Assembly (NCBI GenBank): GCA_000320545.1
Contig: ADNK01001857.1
Coordinates: forward strand, 21,707-85,706
Source: Bigelowiella natans CCMP2755
Lineage: Eukaryota; Protista; Cercozoa
Length of the DNA: 64,000 bases
Direction: 5' to 3'
Part shown: positions 54,127-64,000 of the stretch, piece by piece
Position numbering within the stretch: the first letter of the stretch is position 1
How the letters are laid out: each line of letters opens with the position of its first letter
The notes under the pieces: generated by a model
The model's database searches: none
Seen by the model: the letters and a program-made list of their open reading frames with translations, nothing else
What the model was told of the DNA's origin: nothing
Made by a program: the position numbers and the translations under genes

Positions 54127-56031
54127 CTCTTTCTCTTACCTGCTTTCACCAACGCCCATGCCAAAGCTGGAGATTTGCTCGGAATTGTGCTCTCTTTTCA
54201 CAGTAGTAGTAGCACGCAGCAATAACAGCAATAGCAACAACAAAGAATGGGATGAGGGTGATGAAATACTGCTGCATGATAATGACGATAATGCGTGCTA
54301 TCAATTTTCTGCTATGCTCTTTGCTGTGCTTCATTGAATGTTTAGAAGCTGCGAAGCTGCTACTCCCTATTTCTCTGATTCTCTTCTTTTGTTTTGTCTT
54401 TATGTTGGGAACACACCAATTTCTTCACTGATTTTGCGCAGTTGCTTCTTCCAAGAACTTATATGGAATGCCTCCCACAGCAACAGAATGTATGTATTTT
54501 CGTTCTTTTCAATCCCCTTTAACATGCAAGCAAGGAAGAACAACATTATTGTATAAATATGTTACAGGCAGCAGAGGGACAGGAACGATGTGCATTACTG
54601 CTCCACCGAGAACCCACATCATCACTATTTGCATTGTGTGTGCCAGCGTAAATTTACCTGTGCGCTCATATCTGTGATTAGCTGTACTGCTTCTCCATGC
54701 TCTGCGAACGCTGATGATCAAAGACGATGCAGCAGCAACAACAGCACAACAACAGCCCGTTCAGAGAGAATCGACGCCAAGAAAAAGATGATGATGGTGA
54801 TTATAACATGTGCTCTTAAATGTGTGTGGAGAAGAAAGCAACAAGAAGTACAAGAGTAACGGTTTGTTTCAGATGGTAAGTACAAGTACCACTAAAATGT
54901 TGAAGAGGAGGTTGCATTGCTGTGTGCTGGGATGGAAACCATCTCTTTGTAGGGCTTTGAAGATCTCCTTCGCCATCTGCTTGTTGTGCGCAATTATTCA
55001 AACTTTTAACAACATTTGGGTTGTTGCTGTTGTAACAACCCCCACCTAACTACTTATCGCCATCATTATTATTATTATTATCATCATCATCATTATCAGC
55101 AGCAGCATCTTAGTTTGATTAATGAAACAATACTATCATGGTGTCGTTGTTTTTGTGATCACGCAACAATAAATTAGCGTTGTGTCAATATGTATTATTT
55201 CAATCATCACTGCCATCAAATCTACAAAACCCCCAATGATTCACCACGCACATGAGCTCATTAACCTCCACATTCTTGTGTCTAAGAGCTATCTTGAGGA
55301 GCGACGTAAACAAATCAAACTGCAGGACATTCCCTGTAGTAGCATAGGTATTCTTATTGCCATTGATGGTATGAAATATTATTCATCATGATGATGATGA
55401 TGATGATGATGGCTTTGTCTAGAAAATTTATTTATATGATGATTGATGTGGGAGGAGGAGAATGGGGAGGGGGGGGGGGGGGGGGCGATGGAAATGAATT
55501 GGACATAATTGCATGTGTTTCTTTGTCGTGAGATAGTAGGTAGGTATGTAAGGAGCAGTAATGTTCTGCTTATGATTCTTGTTGTTGTTGTTGTTCTTCT
55601 TCTTCTTCTTCTTCTTACCGGATCCATGCGTACTTTCTATTCCTTCCATGACCTAATAACCAAATAACCATTTCTAGTTGTGTGAGTAATATGTTGATGA
55701 TAATGATGATGATGATGATGATGATGATGATTAACGGTTATAGAAGTAGTAAGTAGTAGCAGTAGCAGGCATGCGTGTGGAAGCTACACACAACAACAAC
55801 AACAACAACCTGGTCCCAGTGAGAGTTTTGGGCTAGCATGATGAGGATCTTATCAACAGAAACCGTATCTATCACCCCCATCCTATTTTGCAGTAGTAGT
55901 AGTGGTAGTAGTAGTAGTAGCAGCAGCACAACAAACAACAAGAACAAGAACAAGAACAAGAACAAGAACAAGAAAAGGCAACCGAGAGGGGGCGTGTGAG
56001 TGAGGATGAATTCTGATATAATATACAATAA

Positions 56032-56097
<66 letters not shown>

Positions 56098-56998
56098 AAG
56101 GGGGGGGATTCTATTTCTTAAGGAAGAAGAAATAGAATTTAATAATAATAAATAATGATGATGATGATGATGATCTTCCAGCGAGAGGATGAAATTTTTG
56201 ATAAGGATGATCATTAAGAACAGGCTGCTTATGTGTGCTACTGCTACTAACATATGCTGACAGAATGTATTTGCTTCATAGCATCGATGATACACTTATT
56301 ATTACTTCTGCCTCCTCCTCGTATTGCTAGTAATAGAGCTCCTACTACTACTACTACTACTACTACTACTCTACCGATTTGTACCTATGCATTGCGATAC
56401 GAATCTCGGAAGCCACAAGCCATGTTCTGAGGCGATAGAAGGAAGAGAAGATATATGGTGGGGGGAGAAGAAGATGGACAACAACAACAACAAACAGCAT
56501 TAAAACAACATCAAATGACAAAATAGCACAAATGGCACCCCCGTGAAAGGCTTGGAAAGAAGAGGTCGTAACAATAAGGATGATGATAACGTTCATCATA
56601 GTCAACGAATGTCGATGAGGGGGTTCATGACGACAGCCACAGTGTTCTCATCATCAATCCAGAAGAACTACTAGTAGTACTGCTAGTAGTAGTGAATCAT
56701 CCTTATGGCATTAGTGTAGTCGTGGTTGAGTGATGAGCTACCCTTTGTCTGCTGTAAACATTTTCAGTTGCTCTCTCAGTACATCGGGACGAGGCTTGGG
56801 ATGATCATTTCCTGACGATGCGGTGGTAGTATTATTATACAAAAGAACACTCATGTCAGCAGCAGCTATCTCCCACAGTCATTATAAACATTTTGTACAC
56901 ACCAAACACACACACACACACACACATGCATGCATGCATGCATGCATACGTATTGTATATGTAGTATATATAAATTTATATATATATATATATACATA

Positions 56999-57038
<40 letters not shown>

Positions 57039-57071
57039 AATTATCCTTTTATATATTTCTCTCTCTCTCTG

Positions 57072-57156
<85 letters not shown>

Positions 57157-57390
57157 TTGTTTTATGAGCACGGATACTATTTCGTCGTTATCTTGTACAA
57201 CAAACAACAACGTTGTTTATATTATTACCCGCTAAAACGTACGTCCACATACACTTGAGATATGCGCTGTAGATCTGGCCTGGAGGAAGGTGAGACATCA
57301 TCATAATCGATATAATTGCACAGATTGTCACGATGAACTGTATTAACTTTGATTTTAGGTGAACGATGTTGTTTTACGAGAAACAACAAC

Positions 57391-57424
<34 letters not shown>

Positions 57425-57615
57425 CCATTCTCAATGTCGGTATTCCTGTTGTACACTAGAAACTGTAGAAGTGCGGATACATCATCTAGAACAACAACAA
57501 CAACAACAACAACAAATGGGAGGAAAGAGTAAATGTGTCATGAGATATCTCGAAGAGAGACGGGTGGAGTGGAGGTAAAGGGGGGTAAATTACACGTGAT
57601 ACTCCTTGTAGATTG

Positions 57616-57654
<39 letters not shown>

Positions 57655-57776
57655 CGCTAATTACCTTCTGTTTTAAGTATACGTGACTTAACAGTGGCAT
57701 CAAGGCTTTTGCAATTTGTGGCTAGCACTTCCTCAGCAACCTGAGCGAAATAGTAATAAACGGTTGTCGTTGTTGC

Positions 57777-57810
<34 letters not shown>

Positions 57811-58169
57811 AGTTGCGTTTTAGGTGATTGATTGCAGAAAGTGCTAGTGTCCTATCAGTCTTCTCCTCGTTCAATATGTCAAGATACGGCAATGGAGCAC
57901 TATCATTGGTACCGCTTTCGCCGTTGGATGTTTCTCTTCCATTTCCTTCAATTTTGATTGGGTGAAGCTCTCTATGTCGAACGTGGGCCCAAAGACACTT
58001 TTCGAGACGACCTTTATTCGTGTGATGATGATGATGATGCTCAGTGCACTCAATCATGAGAACTGGAAGAAGAATGAGAAGAAAGAGAAGATGATGGAGA
58101 GAATTACTTTGAGTATGTTCCTGTTATTGCGTCGGATATCTTGAGTCGCACTAGCTTTAACTGAAGCAT
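45395..58169 (-). CDS. Large multi-exon gene, probably a degenerate PPR (alpha-solenoid) protein; boundaries uncertain, may be more than one gene
   Basis: Many small minus-strand GT-AG exons between microsatellites. PPR-like segments MAKEIFKALQRDGFHPSTQQCNLLFNIL (54976-54893), IKAYRRLREIM..QKENEIPFNSCYDCLAR, VDKILIMLAQNSHWDQ. Confidence 0.5.
48975..49040. repeat. 22-bp minisatellite, 3 exact copies
   Basis: TTCTAACCATCTTACATCATTA at 48975, 48997 and 49019. Confidence 0.95.
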
Positions 58170-58659
58170 TGGCAGAGGCTTTGCAAAGGCTTCTACGGAG
58201 CAAAGATCGCCCAAGCGCCGTTGAGTTGCTGCGATAAGGTATGCGTCAGCTCGTGTCCAATGCAATTTTCGAGTACAAATCAGTGTAAGAAATGGGAAAG
58301 AAGATATGCAAAGAAAGGAGCACCTCATCAGAGCCCTCCTCATCACGCTCATCACGGGTATGGTTTGAGAGGTGAGGGCAAGTGTCATCGGAAGTCCGAA
58401 GGGAATCGTGTAAAAGGGTGCGATTAAATCACTGCGACAACATTTATGGTGCAAATCCCTATCAAAACCCATTGTCTTCTATGGATTTGATGCAATTGTT
58501 GATATTCTTCGGATCACATTTTGTCTAGCGGGAAAGAGAAGCACGCCCCCCCTCTCCCCCTCTCTCCTTTTCTACTACGCCTGCAACACAGACAAGATAA
58601 GCCACCACGTCAACACGTAAGGAACTTTCGAGGAGGGATTAAGAACACCATTATTAAAC
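58170..58659. promoter_or_regulatory. Putative bidirectional promoter (PPR-like / HBS1)
   Basis: Divergent start codons about 490 bp apart; the PPR-like start is uncertain. Confidence 0.45.
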
Positions 58660-61020
58660 ATGTCACGGCATCGCGGTATGAAAGCGATGCTGGACGACTA
58701 CGAGGACGACAGATACAGGGACGATGAAGGTTCATACATCTCCACCTTTCATACCATACTCCTCTGCCATGCATGGAAACCATACTCGGTGAGCTATGGC
58801 GGAAGGTGTCGTGCTAAATTTTATTAAATTTTTAGATGACTATTGGGAGGAGGAGGATCAAGCCAACGATACAGAGTACCTCTATGAGCGCCCTCCGTCA
58901 GGTGCTTGTTGGACATTCACGAGATGAGACTGCGAGGCATGCACAGACCGCCTTCCGGAAATGATTTTCTTAACATCTGTTTGTTAGGCCAATATGATTT
59001 ACCGCCTGCAAAAGGGATCACGAATTCCAAATCTGTAGCGGCAGGGCTCGATGGTCTAAAGCGCCTCTCTCTGCAGCCTAAGCTTAACGACGAAGTCATT
59101 GCACAATTCACCGTCGATGGCCAGGTATCTTAACAACAACTTTCCTTGAATGGAATTTTCAATAACTGAGCTCACAGGCAACATTTGAGGAAGGTTTCAT
59201 GTGTGGGGTTTCCTTCTTCTTCTATCTTTCTTTTGCTGTTATTCGGTTAGTGGTATCCAGCAACAGTCACAGCAGTGACACCTCTCGGAGACGGGCACTC
59301 ACTTTTCCGAGTGATGTATACCGGGTTAGTTTTCTCGATTCTAAGGAAATTTCTATGCTTATGAAGATGTAAGAGAAGGCATCACAGCGGGAGAACTCTC
59401 CTCCTGATGCTTCTTCTTGATGGCATTACTTCTTGACACATGTTCTAAATTATAAAGCTATGGAAATGAGGAAGAGTTGACCTTGGACCAATTGAGGCTA
59501 CCAAAGGCAAAGCAAGAAGGTAATTCTATAATTATTATTATTATTATAATATTATTATTGCATTGTGGATAATGACCTCTCAGCTAATCTTCACTGAATT
59601 CCACGCACGCAATCTTTATTTACCAGTTTCTGCTATGAATATACCTTGATCATCATCATTTATACGGCGACTAATTCTTCGCACTACTCTTTATTTCACC
59701 ATCATCAACTTTTGATGATATTCCAAAAACAACTGAAGATGAATTAAAGACGCTAGATCTCTCCAAAGGTAGTACAGAAGAAGTGCAGAGGGAATTGGAC
59801 AAAACAGATCTAATACACAAGGGAGGGTATGAGAGGCTTCTACAACAAGCACAGTATTTACTACGTATATATCAAGAAGCTGCTTATATATTATTAGTTT
59901 TATGAAATTTGGTTCTTTTGCTTGCCTTGTTTCTCCTCCTCCTTTTCTCCTCCTCCTCCTCTTCTCTTCTTCCACTGCTCTCAGGAATTCGCCGGACATC
60001 ACAAGTAAGGCTCAAGCTGAAAGTTCCAGTAAGTATTAATAAGTTGAAAACTAGATGATTAGCAACGATAGATAATACCAAAATGGTAAACCAGCGAGAT
60101 ATCCAGGAAAGAAGGATACATATACAATATATTCATAAATAGCAATACTACCAGTAGTGGTATTAGTACTGGTGGTCATCAATTTAATATATGCTGCTAT
60201 TGACTACAACACATTTAGCAAAGTAATTTCTCCAAATCTCGATCATTCCCGAAGAACCTCGGTGTCAGCAGCAGCAGCAGCAAGCAAACAAAAAATATGG
60301 GCAGTGGTAAGAAGAATGTCAGTAACAAGATTTCAGACTTCAAATCCAGGGTAAAACCTTCCTTCTCCTCCTCCTCCTCCTCCTCCTTATCCAACACATA
60401 AGCCAAAACTGGCAATAAATTGCAACAACCAGTACTTGCTTCTCGTTCGGAGTGGCAATGTATTTTGATGATCATCATCATCACATCATCATCATCACAT
60501 CATCATCATCATCATCATCATCATAAGCAGTAACTCGTATCGTCATGATGATTCTATTGTTGAGAGACCAGGTGGTACCGGTACTACGTCTTTTCAGTTT
60601 GAACATGAATCATTATGAACTATCATGCAGTACGTATTCTCACCTGTTTGCTTACATTTTTGAAATGATACAGCAGCGCAGGGATAATGGAGATTGTAAG
60701 AGCGCACAGCAACCACCTAAATTGAAGAAGAATTATTCAAATTCCAAAGCAAATTCGTACATCCCAAGGTCTCTAATGAACCATTTCTCTTCCTCCTCTT
60801 CATCCTAACCCATCACTTTGTTATCTGCCGTTTGGTGCAAGGCTTGGCCTCTTCCTTCTTCTTCTTCTTTGTCTTTTTTTTTCTTCCCTTCATCATTCTC
60901 ACATTAGTAATGATGATTCACATTTCTTCTTCGATGACCTGTTGTGATGATCATCATATCTATATAGTAAGAAGCATGAAGCAGAAAGGGCTAGACTCCT
61001 CAGCGAGAGGTAGTAGTAGC

Positions 61021-61055
<35 letters not shown>

Positions 61056-61654
61056 AGCCCTTTGATAGATACTACTATCAACCACCCCATCCCATCATCA
61101 ATATCCATCAAAATCTGCATTATTAAATACGTAGGCTTCTTCCGTATTGTTATAGAAGTGCAATCGAGATAGATATTCAAATATTGCTTTCTGACCCCCC
61201 CCCCCCCCTTATACGTTATACACAGGTGTGGTGGATCCGAGCCAGCTGCATCTTCTTCCTCGTCATCATCCTCATCCTCGTCGTCCTCGTCTCCACATAA
61301 GATGAATTTAGTAGTGATTGGGCATGTAGATGCTGGTAAATCTACGCTCATGGGACACCTACTTGTGAAGCTTGGAAGAGTAATACTAATAGTATAATAC
61401 ACATTGAGAAAAAGTGCATTCACAGTAGCAGCCCGAATATCGGTCAACGACAAGTATTATATTCGTCGCAAACGCCCATATTATATATTATATATACACA
61501 TATTACATTTGTAATGTGACATTATAAGGAAACAAACTTATGGATATTTTCCATCATGACGACGATGGTGATGATGATGATGACCTCTTGAACGTTTCGC
61601 TTGAAAGCACTTGTTTCTCATCTCCTGACCGAGCACTTTGCTACTACTACTAAT

Positions 61655-61691
<37 letters not shown>

Positions 61692-62238
61692 ATGGTACTT
61701 AATTAGGTTGATCAACGTACCATGCGTAAGTACAAGAAGGAGTCTGCTCAGATGGGAAAAGGGTCATTTTCCTTTGCTTGGGTACTTGATGGTCATCAGG
61801 AGGAGAGGGAACGAGGCATCACGGTAATAAAAAACCATTATCATCATCATCAACAACAACAACAGCATCATCATCATCATCACCATCATCGTCGCCTCGA
61901 TAGACCATATATTCTTATTCTTCTTCTTCTCCCTCCCTTCTTCCACCTTATAATCTCATGATGGTAGGTGGATGTAGCGACAACTCATTTCAGCACCAAG
62001 AATCGTGAAGTCACCCTTTTGGACGCTCCAGGCCATCGGTAATATATGTCTTAATAATAATAATAATATTAGTAATAATAATAATAAATATCAGTATTCT
62101 TTCGTGATGATGACGATGGTGGTGGTGGTGATGATGATGATGATGATGTATTTAGTTTGATTTTCTGGTGCTGATTCCTCATCCATTATGATCCTTGGTA
62201 ACCTTGTTTTTTATTCTCTCCTTGTGGTCATTACCATA

Positions 62239-62273
<35 letters not shown>

Positions 62274-63428
62274 TCATCATCATCTAGGGACTTCATCCCG
62301 AATATGATATCTGGTGCGGCGCAAGCTGATGCTGCTATATTAGTGGTAATATTAATAATCTTCTTCTCCTTCTGCAGCAACATTACCGGCGGTATTTACG
62401 ATGATGCATTAAGGTTGAATTATATTGTCAATCACACATAATCAGGTTCCTGCAAAAATTGGAGAGTTTGAGACCTCATTTGCCAAAGGTATTAGTATTA
62501 TTCAGTCGTAGTAAATCAATCCAGATTTAGGCCATCAATGACGACAGTCTGCTCAGAACAACAACTACCTTCACTGTATTCGTCATGTTTTGGAATTAGT
62601 TTGATGATGATGTGTGTATACTGCATTATTGACTGATTGACAAATGAATGAATGCATAAATGGATATAGGGGGGCAGACCAAGGAGCATGCAACCCTTAT
62701 CCGCAGCTTCGGTGTCAAGCAGATTGTTGTCGCGGTTAGTAATATAACCACAATGAATAATAATGATAATAATAAAAATACACAATACTTAATAAACACT
62801 TGCACATCATGATCATTGTGATGATCATCCTCATCCTCCTCCTCCTCCTCCTCATCATCATCATCATCATTCTTGTTGATTTCTACAGATTAACAAAATG
62901 GATCTGGTCGGTTGGTCTAAGGCGAGATATGATGAGGTGCAATAATATCCACATATGATCACGATGTACGTACCTACTACCTCATTGCCGTCATTATCGT
63001 CATCATCGTCATCATCGTCATCATCATCATCATGATCATCATCATCACACAACCATCATCAGGTATCGAAGACCGTAGTAGGTTTCTTGCGATCATTGGG
63101 ATATAAATCAAAGCAGATTACTCTCGTTCCTGTTAGGTAATACAGAAGATAGATAGTAAAAAACAACAACAAGATGAACCAGAATAAGCAGCAGCAATCC
63201 TGCTCACTTAACGTGTCATGACCGGTAACGGTGATGAAGAAGATGATGATGATAATGATGATGATGATGATTTGTATTGTTATTTGTATTAGCGGTCTAT
63301 CGGGAGAGAACCTGACTGAGGCAAAGAGTGTAGATTTGACACATTGGTACAAAGGCAAGTCTCTTGCAGAAGCAATCGATAATGTAAGAAGAAGAACAAC
63401 AACAACAACAATAACCTAACACTTAAAA

Positions 63429-63466
<38 letters not shown>

Positions 63467-63639
63467 ACAGCGACCGCCTGTTCTGAGCTACAATTACCGC
63501 CCATGCTTATTATTTTCTTCTTCATCATCATCATTATCATCCATTTCGATCTTTACTATCACCATATATCCAATAATAAACACGATAATGATGATTGTTC
63601 GCCGTCATCCCATTCTGCCCATCTTCGTGTTGATTCTTA

Positions 63640-63680
<41 letters not shown>

Positions 63681-64000
63681 TCAGATTCCCGCACCTCTAC
63701 GCAACGGTGAAGGCGATTTGTGCATGGTTGTGAGCGACATTTACAAAGCTCAGACCTCCGGCGCCCTTATGGTAGTATTAGTAGCAGCAGCAGTAGTAGT
63801 AGTAGTAGTAGTAGTAGTGACAAAGTAAAGTGTGTTTTTTTTTGTTTCTATCGTTACAATGCCTCTTTTTCTATAGATTGCTGGCAAGCTTGAGCGTGGA
63901 TCCGTCATCCCAAAGGATAAGGTGAGAGACGATGATGATGATGATAGTCATGATGATTGCTTGTTTAAGAAGAACAAGTAGAATGGGGATAGATGGTCAT
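58660..64000 (+). CDS. HBS1: HBS1-like translational GTPase with an N-terminal Tudor domain; 3' end beyond window
   Basis: Start MSRHR plus acidic DDYEDD stretch typical of HBS1. G-domain exons [42 protein letters not shown]|[11 protein letters not shown]|[35 protein letters not shown]. Confidence 0.93.

Larger units (their letters stand above)
45780..64000. repeat. Microsatellite-dense region
   Basis: Most introns of the PPR-like and HBS1 genes carry trinucleotide or compound dinucleotide tracts, e.g. 56905-57155. Confidence 0.95.

Noticed and set aside
59900-61220. SKI7-like alternative exon or RanBP2 zinc fingers in HBS1
   Set aside because: I could not find a convincing FxFxxPSPDD-type motif or a complete WxCxxC...CxxC pattern; exons here are unresolved.
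8000-64000. Hundreds of 60-150 aa ORFs with homopolymeric runs in the ORF track
   Set aside because: They are stop-free reading frames of di- and trinucleotide microsatellites, mostly intronic or antisense to real exons.
61290-64000. Calling the GTPase eEF1A or eRF3
   Set aside because: The long N-terminal extension starting [15 protein letters not shown] and SGLSGENL fit HBS1 better.
1-64000. tRNA, rRNA, snoRNA genes, telomeric arrays or autonomous transposons
   Set aside because: No recognisable signatures by eye; tRNAscan-SE, Infernal and RepeatModeler would be needed to exclude them.

Overview
A 64-kb window of intron-rich eukaryotic nuclear DNA with GT-AG introns and very dense microsatellites. 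A theta/LCIB carbonic anhydrase and a P450 with a bipartite-like presequence suggest an alga with a secondary plastid, possibly a chlorarachniophyte (inference). Splicing exons by hand gives about 17 protein-coding genes, in order: TFIIS-N-domain protein (partial), KA1-like protein, GAR1, PITH protein, secreted EGF + GH43-like propeller protein, SLC45/SUT-like transporter, rhomboid, CK2 beta, SNAP-25-like SNARE, OFA-type MFS transporter, theta-CA, C1GALT1-like GT31, telobox-Myb + J-like protein, nucleotide-sugar transporter, intronless CYP, large PPR-like protein, HBS1 (partial). Most ORF-track entries are artefacts of simple repeats. Main observations: (1) gene orientation alternates almost perfectly, with head-to-head pairs about 0.4-0.6 kb apart and a distinctive purine-pyrimidine-alternating block at each convergent junction; the one exception predicts a hidden minus-strand transcript; (2) HBS1 carries an SMN-type Tudor domain with an intact aromatic cage; (3) a telobox Myb domain is apparently fused to a J domain with HPD changed to CPD; (4) the C1GALT1-like gene lacks the DxD motif (Cosmc-like candidate); (5) the SNAP-25-like SNARE has a 7-cysteine linker cluster. 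All exon models are manual and unverified by RNA data.
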